Assembly (NCBI RefSeq): GCF_009914755.1
Contig: NC_060927.1
Strand: one strand, 5' to 3'
Length of the DNA stretch: 64,000 nucleotides
DNA from: the human T2T-CHM13v2.0 reference genome, Homo sapiens
A model generated the notes under the pieces. That model saw nothing but the letters and a program-made list of their open reading frames with translations. It did no database searches and was not told where the DNA came from. Both the position numbers and the translations under genes were made by a program. Below, piece by piece: positions 30,524-44,964 of the stretch (positions within the stretch are counted from its first letter, which is position 1; each line of letters starts with the position of its first letter).

Positions 30524-31719
30524 TCAATTTATTTTGGAGACATTAAATTCTAAATAAGACTTGGGGAGATATGGAATTAGCCATGCCCCCTACCTATGCA
30601 AGAAAGGTTATAAAGTAAAACATGTCATATATGGTCTGTGTATGTCATGAAAGAATGTATTAAAAGAAACTTACACCAGAAATGTTGTACAATTTAAAGG
30701 TGGCTAGGCCTCCTAAATGCTTCATAAAATGTCACTATGACTCTTAACAGTACAGCTTGCCTGATTTACAGCTAGGTAAGTCCTAGGACATGTGAAGTTA
30801 GAGGCTGGAAAGAGTCAGACCTTATCTGCATTTCTGTCTGGGTCCTAGGCGCCACACCTAATACATAATTAAAATCCCTTACTTATCAAGGTTTTCACCA
30901 AAAGTAAAAGTCACTAAGAGTTAACATTGTAATATGTAATTGAGACTACTGAAAAAATATGTTTATATACAAGATGTGTAAGGAGAATAAAATGTGTTTT
31001 TGTAAGAGATTATATGAAGGTATGGGAATGTAAATTTTTGCCTAGGTTAGAGGGTTAAAAGATTATTTTATATTAAATAAAGCTAAAGGTTTGAACAAGT
31101 TGTGGAAGGTTTATAAAAATTAATTGTAAAAGATTCTATGTGTGAACATATTGCCAAAAGTTAAAATGGCATTATTCAAGGGTTTTTTTTTCCATAAATA
31201 AGACATTGAAATAAAAGCACAACGAAATATTCTTAGAACATTGTTCTGCTCTGAGAAAAAAAGAAATTGTAAGGGGTTATAAAAGGTTTATGAAAATCTT
31301 ACCTTATGGTCGAGTTAATTAAAACTGAATAGATTTATAAAATGTTACCAAAAACTAGATTTAACATTAAAAATACACAAATGGAAACATAAAATTTGGC
31401 TTTCTCTTTTAAAAACATGTAATATTAAAAGATAATGAAAGGTTTTTGTTTACCTTTTAAGTAAATTACAAAACAAAAAGAGGGGCAGGGAAAGAAAGGA
31501 GACAGAGTCAGTTGACCTATGCTCTCTTAATTGAGTCTTGTTTGGAAAGCTGAGTCTCCTCCTTATCCGAATAATGCTTTCTCCTTTTAAAAATTTTCGA
31601 GTTATTATTATGGCTAAATGAAAAGCTTATGGTAACCTAAGATTCTATTTTGTAATATCCAATGTTTTAAACCTTTGTCTTAAGCCCATGGTTCACTGAG
31701 GACAACTCCTTTGCAATCT

Positions 31720-31850
31720 AGAACCCAAAGATTGGATCTTCTGAGAACATCAGAGAAAGACTGTCCTTGCCATCCACACTACAGCAAAGCTTTGGAGCCT
31801 TGAACCTTGGGTTCATGATCTTACAACTGAGAAGGGCCCCTCCACACTCC
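31720..31850 (+). pseudogene. ERV integrase C-terminal remnant
   Basis: Hand translation VLAIHTTAKLWSLEPWVH then, after a frameshift, QLRRAPP; resembles the gammaretroviral IN C-terminal W(I/V)H motif. Confidence 0.6.
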
Positions 31851-32290
31851 TGAACTGTACAACCATTGAAACTCTTAAGGTAAAATTAACTAGGAAAGTT
31901 TATCTCCTTAAGAAGATGGCATCCTTGATGTGAACAGCTTTTCCCAAGATCCTGGATCAAAACGTCTACTATCACGAGACTCTTATATTTGAATATATTT
32001 TCCGGTTTATGCCTTTAGGAACAATTGAAATGAAAGGGGGATCTATTATGTGCACTTATAGGGTATACTTTTATTTGTGAAGGATTTTGCATCCAGCCTT
32101 ATATGAATAACCTTGTACTTTAATAGATAAAAGATGAAGGCTCAATGTAGGTGAGAAAATGTAGTGGTACATATGTTGCCTCATAATCAGTCAAAACTCT
32201 TCTTAACCCACATAATGGATTAAAGAGAATATTGCCAGGAGGCCTTCGCTTTTCTAAAATGACATCATTTGTTAGGTCCTTTTTCCATAG

Positions 32291-32720
32291 TTTAGTATAA
32301 AAGAGGCAATAATTAGAAATGTCACCCTCATAATAGGCTCTACAGCAAATTCTACTTTAAAGGCTATTGTTACACAACAGACTTTAAATTATCTTGTAAA
32401 AGTTATGCTAAATAATAGAATTGGCCAAACAGAAAAGTACCTGTGCAGTTGCTGACACCTGTGGCCTATGGAGAAATACATCAAATGTAGATTATACAAT
32501 TTCAGTTGTAGGGGATTAATGAAAAGACCACCTAGTCAAGCAAGTAGGCTCTTCATATAGCTCATTCTTTAATCTATTTAATTTTACATGGTTTGGTTTA
32601 TGGGGACCCTGGGTAAGGAGCACACTCCAAATTTGTTATTATTCTCCCAGTACTCATAATGATAGTCTCCCTGATGTGCTGTATTCTCTTAAAGGTTTTA
32701 AATGTTTGCATGCAGCCATC
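32291..32720 (+). pseudogene. ERV env transmembrane-subunit remnant
   Basis: Hand translation IRNVTLIIGSTANSTLKAIVTQQTLNYLVKVMLNNRI / frameshift / AKQKSTCAVADTCGLWRNTS; later hydrophobic IILPVLIMIVSLMCCILLKVLN. Confidence 0.75.
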
Positions 32721-33280
32721 TCTAGAACATCAAATGGTCTCTATTCAACCAGAATGACAAAAGCTGAAAGAAATGTGTGACCCTGAGGATATCGTAACCT
32801 ACGAATGATGTGCTGAGACTGGAAACCCTAAATGATGTTACTGAGAATGGCACTAAGGCCTTAAGTTTTGGTCACACTGTCACCTAAGTGAGAACCTGGC
32901 TGAAAAGGGAGAATTTTTAAACAACAAAATTAGAGGAAGCCACTATTTTGGACTGAGCTCATGCACTAGGCCCCAACAAACGAAACCAAGCTAAAATGGA
33001 GTCACTCATCCTAAATGTGACATAATCAAACCAAGGCTTTAAGAACACAGATAGATGCTAGAACAGACTACATTTTGTTTTTCTCCTGTAAACAGGATGT
33101 CTATCATAAGGAGGTACCGTCTACTCAGTCCTTATTCTCTCCTTGCAAAACCCACTTTTCTACTGTTTCCCAGTGGGTTTCAAACCATATAATACATTTA
33201 TGATAGTGATATTAACATCAATGACTAAGGTTTTGGTCAATCTCTCAAAATTGAGAAAATGACCAAAAGAGGGAAATGAT

Positions 33281-33708
33281 TGCTAAAGCAAACTAAATAT
33301 GGCCTGGGAAGAACTCCATAGTCTTATATTTGAGTTCTTGCAGATGAACTGTAACTTAGCTTAATAGTCAGACAAAACTGAAAACCTAACTTAATAGTAT
33401 GCGTCTGTAACAATGGCTGAGTGTTCGCTAATCCCAGCGGCCATACTTCAACCACTCATAGACTGCTGAAAGTTCAAAGTGCATTCAAATAAGGCAAAAA
33501 CGGAGCTTAACCAGCCTCACTGTTTCTGTATCTCACTTCCGATTCCTGTATGTCACTTTACCTTTTTTGTCTATAAATGTGTTCTGACCACGAGGCACCC
33601 CAGGTCTCTGTGAATCTGTTGTAATTCTGGAGGTGCCTGATTCGCCAATCATTCATTGCTCAATTAAACTCCTTTAAATTTAACTCAGCTGGACTTTTCC
33701 TTTTATCA
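33281..33708 (+). mobile_element. 3' LTR (MER57-like), preceded by PPT aaaagagggaaa (33265-33276)
   Basis: Colinear with the 5' LTR minus the Alu. Confidence 0.92.
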
Positions 33709-34012
33709 GGTTGAATTTTACATATCTACTTTAGATTTTAATTTCTTCTATAAATTAAAATCTAATCTTCCATAATTTCTGATAAAATGTTTGTTAAATG
33801 AACTCAATGCATTGGACAAAAATTTCCTGTTGCTTTTCTTTCAAAGTACATAAATTGATGCTACTTTTTCCACCTTTCTCACATTTTCTCTGTCCCAATC
33901 TTACACTGGAGGTTCAATAGTCTTCTTCATGCCTCAAGTTCTTTCTCTTGTAATATGAAAGGCATGTGGCCACTTTCCTTTTCTAATTCTTTCATAAATC
34001 TAAACATTTTCA

Positions 34013-34160
34013 CTACCTATTGGTTACTATGCTCACCATCTGGGTGAAGGCATCATTTGTACACAAAATCTATAAAATATACTATTTACTTATGTAAAAA
34101 ACCTAAACATGTACCTGCTGAACCTAAAATAAAAGTTGAAAAAGAAAAATAAATAAATAA
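34013..34160 (+). mobile_element. Short L1PB/old L1PA 3' end
   Basis: ctacctattggttactatgctcacc..aacatgtacctgctgaacctaaaataaaagttg plus A-rich tail. Confidence 0.8.
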
Positions 34161-34915
34161 TACCTTCCCAGAATATTGCCTATAGGAACAAGTCTAAATT
34201 CCTTAATACAGAGTAAAATGGTAATAAAATTCTTGCCCTGATTTTCTTTCTTAGGCCTATGTCATTTCAACACTCCCCATCACCATTCTTCCCCAATCTC
34301 TTCCATTTTTTGAGTCTAAAATCCTTAATACATTGAATTTTTGTTCAATATTTGTTATATGCCCAAAACTATGCTAAGCTGCTGGACTCGTGCTCTTTCA
34401 CAATTCCTTTTCTGTTCCTTTCAGACTAGTGAAATGATACTGATTTTTAATGATCTGTCTTTTCTTGGAAATTTCCTATTTCCAAATGTCAAAAAAAGAA
34501 CTTATAATTTTTGTCTCTCCATTTCCATAACACTTATCAATGTCACTGACATAGCCCTAATAATTATGAGATGTACATTGTTAGTTACACACATTTCTTG
34601 TTTTCCTACTTTTGATGTCTTTAAGGTCAGAGATTGTATTTTACTCGTTTGTATTCCTATCAGAAAAAAAACTGTGGCTTACATGTAATATACATTCAGT
34701 AATTGTTTGAATGAAAAATGTATTAAAATAGTATGAGTATCCAAGTTGGTGATTCAATTTAGTTAATCTCTTCTGATACCCCTACCCCAAAAAGGCATAT
34801 GTAAAAGTGCATAAAATTGTGTGTATGAATATGTAGATCAATAGATAGAAGCATCTGTGAACACAAATAAGAAATTTAGGAAATGATTATCTTAGAAACT
34901 CTTTAGCATCAAATC

Positions 34916-35725
34916 TTATTTATTTATTTATTTATTTGCTATAGCTTTTGGGGAAAAGTTGGATTTTTGTTACATGAATAAGTTCTCTTGTAGTAATTCC
35001 TGAGATTTTGGTGCACACTGTACCCAATCTGTATTCTTTATTCCTCACCCCTCTCCCCGCATTCCCCTTGAGTCTCTGAAGTCCCTTATATCATTCTTAC
35101 GCCTTTGCAGCCTCATAACTTAGCTCCCACTTATAAGTGAGATCATACAAAATTTGGTTTTCCATTCCTGAGTTACTTCACTTAGAATAACTGTTTCCAG
35201 CTCCATCCAGGTTGCTGAAAATGCCATTATTTCATTCATTTTTATGGCTGAGTAGTATTCCATGGTGTATATATGCCACCTTTTCTTTATTTACTCTTTG
35301 GCCAGTGGACATTTAGGCTGATTTCATATTTTTGCAATTGTGAATTTTGCTACTATACACATGTATGTGCAAGTGTATTTTTCATACAATGACTTCTTTT
35401 CCTCTGGGTAGAGACCCAGTAGTGCGATTGCTGGATGAAATGCTAGTTCTACTTCTAGTTATTTAAGGAATCTCCATACTGTTTTCCATATGGGTGGTAC
35501 TAGTTTACATTCCCAACAGCAGTATAAAAGTGTTCCCTTTTCACCATATTCACGCTAATATTTATTATTTTTTATTTTTAATTATGGTCATTCTTGGATC
35601 TCATTGTATTTTCAATTTGCATTTCCCTGGTAATTAGAGATGTTGAGCATATTTTCATGTTTGTTGGCCATTTGGATAACTTTTTCTGAGAATTGTCTGT
35701 TCATGTCCTTTGCCCACTTTTTAAA
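34916..35725 (-). mobile_element. L1PB 3' fragment
   Basis: tagctcccacttataagtgaga, ttccattcctgagttacttcacttagaataa, tttacattcccaacagcagt. Confidence 0.9.
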
Positions 35726-35744
35726 TTTAATTTAATACTAATCC

Positions 35745-35858
35745 TACTATTATATATATATATATAAGAATAGATAAATATTATTATATACATAACAGTA
35801 GGATATAAAAGAATAAATATATTCTTATATATGTAATAGTAGAATATATACATAATAG

Positions 35859-35893
<35 letters not shown>
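35745..35893. repeat. TA-rich simple repeat
   Basis: Direct reading; perfect (TA)n near 35861-35893. Confidence 0.9.
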
Positions 35894-35896
<3 letters not shown>

Positions 35897-36171
35897 TTTT
35901 TTAGAGACAGAATCTCACTTTGTTCCCAGACTGGAGTGCAGTGGCACAATCAGCTCACTGGAGCCTTGAATTCCTGGGCTCAAGCAATCCTCCCACATAA
36001 GCCTTCTGAGTAATTGCAACTACAGACACTCACTACCTTGCCCAGCTAATTTGGTAGAGACAGGGTCTTGCTGTACTGCCAAGGCTAGCCTTGAACTCTT
36101 GGCCTTGAGCGATCCTCTCACCTCAGCCTCCTAAAATGGTAAAATTACTGGTGTTAGCCACCTCACCCAGC
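35894..36171 (-). mobile_element. AluJ
   Basis: Diverged Alu with J features (cctgggctcaagcaatcctccc). Confidence 0.9.
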
Positions 36172-37630
36172 ATATAAAAATATGATAATATCAAATGTAT
36201 AGAAGAGATACCCACAGTTATAAAAACCACCATAAAAATACAATTATATATATAAACAAAACTTCTTGGTGAAAAATAAAATTTAATCTTAAATATAACT
36301 ATTATACTTGTAGTAAATTATTATGTAATCCATATTTTCTGTGGAGCAAGATACAAACTGCTAAAAAGAAACAATCGCAGGATAATTTTTTCCTTGAGAA
36401 ATAAATTTTTTGCTGTTAATTTTACCAAAAATGAATTGTATGGTGTCCTTTGAGAAATACTTAGAATTTAAGAATGTTAGTTGGCATTTGTGTGAGTGAG
36501 GCATGATGTGTGAATACTCATGTTATTTTAGGAGATTTGGAATATTTTGTCTATTATAATCTATGCCCAAGTGATCAACCTTAAGAAGAGTCTTTACAAT
36601 ATATTAATACATAGGATATGAATATAGTTCCTTGCTCCCAAAGACCCAATAGCATATATTATGTATAAACAATTTCAAATTGGTTTTATGCTTAAGTTGT
36701 CTTTTCTAGAAAATGTAACCAACTTAGACACATAAGTGGCAAGAATATATATATACCGTTCGACATTTCCTTCATGCTACATGAAAGGAAAAGTAAAGGT
36801 GTACTTTGAAGGACATTGGCCTGTGGCATAAACAATGGAAAAGAAAACAGTAAAAATAGCCCTTTACTTAGGTTTATGTCCATTTATTACGTGAAAATAG
36901 GAGAGACAAGCTACATCAAAATTATGCAACAATGTACACTTAATCTAGTATCTAGCAAGAGGAAAACTGAACACAAAATAATAAAATATTCCATTTAGAT
37001 CATTAGAAACTGATAAAAGTTTTCATGATGAAGGAGAAATACATAACATTTAAGAAATAAGCACTGTAGATTGGTTATAAAGCTTATTTGACATTGAAAC
37101 ACTAATGTTTACCTTGTCATTCAGCACACGCAAACAATATACAGACCCACAAGGAGAGAAGTTAGTGGAAAAAAATAGAAAGTTGCTCATTTTCACCATG
37201 TACAGCAAGGAAAGCTCCAGAAGAAATACAGCATTGAACTAGAAATTGCATCAAAATATCACAGTCTCCTGGTTTTCCTCCTCCTGCTTCTCATTTTCTT
37301 TCGCTAGTTCTTTCTACTTTTCCCAGACACCACAATATTGAATTATGAATTGCCTAGGGTGCAGTGTCAATGTTCATTTTTCTCTTAACTCAGTCCCTGA
37401 GTGATCGCATACATGTCCATATTTTATATACCATCTCTAAAATTAAGGCCACAACACTTTAATCTCTAGCCAAATTTCTCTCCTAGATTCTATATTACAT
37501 ATAGAACTATATTTGAAATATTTAACTGGTATTATTTCCTTAAAGGAATCTCAGATCAAATCTGTCCAGAACAGAAATGATTTTAGTCCTCTCACCCCAT
37601 AACTTCACCTCTCCCATATCTGTGAGACCA

Positions 37631-37680
37631 CCATTGCTTCAATCCATTGCTTCAATCATTCCATTGCTTCAATCAGTTGC
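37631..37680. repeat. Three copies of the 13-mer ccattgcttcaat within an L2-like fragment
   Basis: 37631-37643, 37644-37656, 37661-37673. Confidence 0.9.
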
Positions 37681-37707
37681 TCCTCTGTGACTCCAGAGTT
37701 ATTCAGA

Positions 37708-38045
37708 TTTTTTTTAAAGATTTTTATTTTCTTGGAGCACTCTTAGGTTCATAGCAAAATTGAGAGGAAGGTACAGCAGTATCCCGTTTACTCCCTGCTC
37801 CCACACAGGGATGTCCTCCCCATTATTAACATCCCCCACAACAGTGATAAATTTATCATGATTGATGAACCTACACCCAAAGTCCATAGTTTATGTTAGG
37901 TTTCATTCTTGGTGCTGAACATTCTGTTGGCTTGGACAACTATATGATGATATATATCCATCATTATAGCATCATACAGACTATTTTCACTTCTCTAAAA
38001 ACCCTCTGTGCGCTACTTATTCATCTTTCTCTTCTCCCTAACCAC
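37708..38045 (-). mobile_element. L1MC 3' end fragment
   Basis: ttaggttcatagcaaaattgagaggaaggtacag, cccaaagtccatagttta. Confidence 0.85.
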
Positions 38046-38064
38046 ATTGTAAAAAAAAAGGACT

Positions 38065-38420
38065 CTGACTTATGCTCTATAAATAATAATTATTGATGTG
38101 GCAAATGCAGTATTCCAGGCCAGATATGATGTTGACTTGTGGTAGAATTGGGGGCCAGGGAAAAATGAGGTAGTGACAGATTTGAAGTATTTGTTGGAGG
38201 TAGAACTCATTGTACTTACTGATGGATTTGATACAGGAGGGCGTGACTGAAAGGATAAATTAAGGGGAACTTGGATTTTAGCTTGAGAAACTAAATGGAC
38301 ATAAGGTCTTATATGAGACATAAGAGTTAGAGATGGGAATAAATTGGTGTGGCTGAAAGGAATGGAATCAAGAGTATTATTCTGTTCAATGTCATAATGC
38401 AGTTATTGGGACAGTCAAGA
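38065..38420 (-). mobile_element. L2 fragment
   Basis: gacagatttgaagtatttgttggaggtagaac..tgatggatttga..gcttgagaaactaaatgga. Confidence 0.7.
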
Positions 38421-39661
38421 GCTTTGAAGTATGTAAAGCACTGGGGTTATCTCCTGGCACACAGCAAATAATTATTAAATGTATCATTATTTTTCTTATT
38501 ATAATTCATATTCATTTTATCTATTATTACAGTTGCAATTTTCAAATGTGTGTGATTATTTGTTTAATGTATTTGGTTACATGGAAGACTGTTTTCCTCT
38601 ATACACGTTTGATTGACATAAAAATTCTAAATTCACTCATAATTAAATATTTTTCAAAATAGATTTCAACACATATTTTATTATCAGCTTTTCTGAAAAA
38701 ATGTATTAATTTTATAATGTTCAAGGTTTCCCAATTAGCACTCTCTTTCAAGCACAAAGTTGCTTATTTGTAAGTTCTATTGCATAATAACCCTCTTCTT
38801 TCAGTATGTTAAAATTATAGTTGCAGCTCTTTTATTTTAATTTATAGTTAATCTTTAAGATTGAGTTATATGTTTGATAGTTTTGATTTATTACTGGCCC
38901 CTTGAAACATTGATTTTCATATTTCATTGGCTCAAGTAATTGTTTATGTAGATTTTTGTTGGTTGTTTTATTGAGAAAGATAGATGGGGACATATTATAT
39001 TCATTCTATCATATCAAAACAGTTCTTTGATTTGAGGTGACTCAAAGTAAATGTATGGACATTCACTTAGTGGTCCTTGGCATACCTGTCACATTATATT
39101 CCCACAAATCTTTGTAGGCTTTATTTAACTGCCTTAGAGCATGTGATGTGGCAGGAGAAAGGTATGAATTAAGTGATCAGTTTTCTCTTCGCAAAGGTTT
39201 TAGTCTGTTTTTTTACTCTTTAAACTGGTTAGGCTTGGATTTCTCAGAAACTTCCATTGGCTTCCTTGAGATGAGGTTGTGTAAGAGGAGCTTAACTTTC
39301 CAGTAGGCCTCATGCTATTTCTTCAAAAAACAAAGAAACAAAAAATCATTTTTTAATGGATTATAGAAAATGCTAGGTCTTTAGTGGCAAGTTTCTAGAA
39401 ATACTAGTTTCTTTATTATCATTGTTTTTACTTTTTGCTCCTCGAGATAATTTATTGTTACGTACAAGAAATTTATATTCAACAGCATATTTGAATATTG
39501 CTTTAGTTTTGTTTGTTCTCACTCATTATTTTCACTCAAAAATATGTGTGTAATATTTTAAAATTATATATTAACACATACAAATATAACTTTTAAAACT
39601 TGTTTCACTCTCCATAAGTCACAACTGCTTCATTAATTCCATAAATCTTACTATTTTAAAG

Positions 39662-39777
39662 GGAGCCATGCTCTGTCACACGAGTTGAAGCCATGCTCTG
39701 TCACATGGAGCCATGCCCTGTCACTCAGGAGTTCACTCATCATGGGGCCATGCCCTGTCACATAAAAGTACACTCAT
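39662..39777. repeat. Four copies of gccatgc(t/c)ctgtcac with variable linkers
   Basis: Direct reading. Confidence 0.9.
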
Positions 39778-42700
39778 CCCAAAGAAAATGTGAGGTTTTT
39801 TTAATTTTCATTTTGAAATAATTATGGAGTCACATCTAGTTATAAGAAATAATACAGAGAGATCTCGTGAGCCCTATACCTAGTTTCCTCCAGTGGCATT
39901 ATCTTGCAAAATGATAAAGCAATGTGATACAAGGATATTGACATTAATATATTTCACTTATTGAGACTTCCACAGTTTTACTTGTACTCATTTATGGGCA
40001 TAAATTTACTATTACACAATGTTATCAAATGTGTAGGTTTGTGTACCCACTACCAAAGTCAAGATTCTAAACGTTCCATCACTACAAAGGGCCTTCCTTT
40101 GTATTCCCCTTTTATCATCACAGCCACATCTGCTCCTCCTTAACCCCTGGCAACCAAGGATCTCTTTTGCATTTGGAAAACTATATCATTTCAGAAATGT
40201 TATGTAAATGGAATAATCCAATCTGTAATATTTTGTAATAGTTTCCTTTTTCCCCACTTATAATAATTCCCTTGAAATTCATTGAAATTATTGTAAATAT
40301 CAATAGTTCATTCCTTTTCATTTCTGAATCGGATGCCATAATATGGATAAACCATACTCAGAAAACATTTTATGTTCAGAATCACATTAATTTACTTTCC
40401 ATAAGTGCATAAAAAGTATTTCAATTAGTTTATTTGAGTCACCCCTAGCTCGTATCTCAAAAAAATCATAGTACCTGCCTTGTTTATAAATTGTTAAAAT
40501 CCATGACTTTTTAACAATTTTTCTTGAAGTTTAATATAGAAAAGTCTGCACATCAAAAAGTGTACAATTCAGTGAATTTTACCAAAATGAAGTATATGTG
40601 TAATCAAGATCAGATCAGTAAATAGAAAATAATGTTTACCCTGGAAGTTTTTATAATATCCTCCTTTTTCACACACCACCTTTCAAGGATGGCCACTATC
40701 CTTAATTCTAAGAACATTGATGAGTTTTTATAATATTCACAAACTATTTTGAGGAATAGATATTTTATATAATTCAATTATACAGTGCATATTCTTTAGT
40801 TCTTTGTGTTTGGCTTCTTTAGTTCAATGATGTATTTGCTGGATTTCATTATTGTTGAATTAGTTATATTTTGTTCATTCTCATTATTTGTGTAAAACAG
40901 GTGACTCTATTCACAATTCTCTATCATTGGCATATTTCTTTATACTTGTTCCAACATAAGCTTTCATAATTGTTAAAATCTGGGAGTAGGTCTTGATAAC
41001 TTGGAGTTGAAATCCTCCATCTTCATTCATTTTTTTTAAGATTGCCATGACTATTTTTGGCCGTTTGTTGCCAAATGAATTTTAGAGTCAACTTTTTAAA
41101 TTTTGCAAAGTAAAATTTAAAATAAAAATTTTAAAACATGTTTTGATTTTGATATGGATTGCATTGAACTTGTATAATAATTTAGGAGGCAATAAAGATC
41201 TTTATAATATTCCAGTAAATGAAAATGAAGATAACAAATCTTCCACTTATTTATATCATATTTAATAATTTTCAATTCCTTGCAATTAGTGTAGCAGTCT
41301 TGCCCATTTTTGTTTTTATTTATTTCAAGTTACTCAATGATTATTAATGCTACTGGTAAAAGTATTTTTGTAAATTTTATATTCTATTTGTTTGTTGCCA
41401 GTGTTTATAAATATAATTCATTTTTAATAGTGACTTTGTATCCAGTGACCTTGCTAAATTAGTTTATTAATTTTGATAGGTTGTACATTACTTCTGAATT
41501 GTCTAAGTTTACAATTGTGTCATTTTTGAGTATTGAGAGTCACTCTTATGCCATCAATTTGCCTCATTTTTTCCCCATTAAAATGTTGAATAGTCTTCGA
41601 GATAGCAGAGATAACAGGCAACCTAATTTTGTTCCAGATTTCAGGGGTAATTATGTACTATGATATGTACTATCGGGTTTTGCATGTGTGTGTATGTGTG
41701 TGTCCACGTGTATTAATGCTTGACAGTCTATATCATATTAACAGAGTTTCTTATAACAGATTAAGACTAATTTCCTGAAATTATTTTTCTTATGAATAGG
41801 TATTCCTTCTTTCAAATGCTTCCTTTCTTGCATTTATCAATATCATATGATTCTGTGTTCAGGTAATACATTGTATTGATTAATTTTCAACTGTTTAAGA
41901 AACCCTGCACACATAGAAAAAGCTCACTTGTTTATTATACCCTATCCTTTGAGTATATTGTTGAATCTGACTTAATAATATTTTGTTTAGATTTTAATCA
42001 ATGTCCGTGAATGAGATTGATGTATAATTTCATTTTTTTTTACCACATTACACACTAAAACATTCAATGTTCTTGTCAGATTTTCCATTCCTGGAAAAAC
42101 TCATCTCAAAAAATTTTTAGGAAGACTTTCCTCTGTTTTATATTTTTGTTTCCTGAAAGAATATGTGCAGTGTGCAGGCTTATATTTACTTCTTTTGAAA
42201 AGGTTTGGAAGAATTCACAGCTGAAAGCATTTGTGTCTGAGGTCTTCTTTCTATAAAAGTTTTATTTATGAATTTAACTTATGTGAAATGTATACAATCA
42301 CTGAAAAGCTTTCTTTATTCTTTAATAACTTTCGTAAGTAGCATGTTTGGAAGACTTTGTTCATTTTATAAAAGTTCTCAAATTTATTGTCATCAAGTTG
42401 CTTATAATATCCTTTTACTACCACTTTGATATTTGTGGGTTCCGCAGTGATGCATGATTTTGCCCTCATATATTATTATGGGACCTATGTCATTTTATTT
42501 CTGAAAAGTTTTGCAAAAGTTTTATTACTTTTTCAAAGAAATAACATTTGCTCTGTTAATTTTCTTTATTTAGTTTTTTCTCTGTTGTACTGATTTCTAT
42601 TTCTAGATTGAAATAAAAACTTAACTTCTTGCTTTTAGATTTTTTTTTAATGTATTGCTGGAATTCTTTTCTAAGCACTCCTTTACCTGTTGCCCCTAAG

Positions 42701-43123
42701 CTTGGTATGACATTTTTATTATCACATTGTTCAGAATTTTTTCCTTTTGTAATTTTTAATTTTGCTATGATTTTAACGTTATTCAGTATTTAACCAATTA
42801 TTTATATTTGTTCCTTTTGCTCTTTATTTCTTCATCAAGGTAGTTTGAAAAGTATTAATATAAATTGATAGTGTTTTCAAAAATTTTAAGAGTGTATTAC
42901 ATACATGATACCTTAGCCCATCAAAATACCTTCAATGTTTATAACGTAAGAGGAAAGACATCATTTTACATAACTAAAGTATAGGATTGAAACAGGAAAT
43001 TTAATAAAGGTAATTACTATTACCTAATTAACAGTCCGTAATCAAGTTCCATCAATTGTCTGGACAATGTCCTTTATAGTCTTCATCCCCTAGCTCTAAC
43101 CTTCTTTAGAGGATAAAATCTAG

Positions 43124-43450
<327 letters not shown>

Positions 43451-44204
43451 TTTCATGTCATTTTATTATTTCATAACCTAAAATAGTTCACCAGCCTTGC
43501 ATTGTCTTTCATTACTTCATATTTTTGGAAAGCATAGGCTATTTGATCTAAATGATTTTTTTGAGTTTGTCTTATGATTCCTCATGTTTAATGGCAAGTT
43601 ATGAATGCTGTTAGAAATACCACAAAAATGATACGGTGTCCTGAGAAGTGCATCAACTCAAGAGGCCCCTGACATCAATTTTGTTAACTGTAGTCACTCA
43701 ATTATAGTGTTATTGGCTGGGTATGTCTACTGCAAAATTACTACTTTTGCTTTTATAATTTATAAGAATTTACATGGAAGTGATTTGATTCTAAGAAAAT
43801 ATCCTGTTTCTCATTACTTTTGGCATCCCTTGAGCATACCCATGTTAATTAATTATGAACAAGAGCTGCTAAATGGTAATCAAATTCTATCACTCTTTCT
43901 ATCATGATTTTTACAGCTTTCCCTTTTTCTGTCTCTACAGCTCTATCTTATCTATCATCTGTCTATCCAGTTAGTAGGTAGTTATATCAAAATGTCTCAT
44001 GAATTCATGTTATATTCAATTGGATTGTAGTCCACTAACATTATCATCTAGTTTGAGGTTAAAATTTTTCTACGTGGAACCCCATTCAAATTGGTGCCTG
44101 GGTCTCTTTCACATGCAAGCATCATTCACTGAGTGCTTGACTTTTCCTGACACACAAAGACATTCTAGACTAATCCATCTCTCCCCTAGCTTTGGAATCA
44201 ACAT

Positions 44205-44964
<760 letters not shown>

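Noticed and set aside
39662-39777. CRISPR-like repeat/spacer appearance
   Set aside because: Primate DNA, 15-nt core, linkers short, unequal and related to each other, no cas genes.
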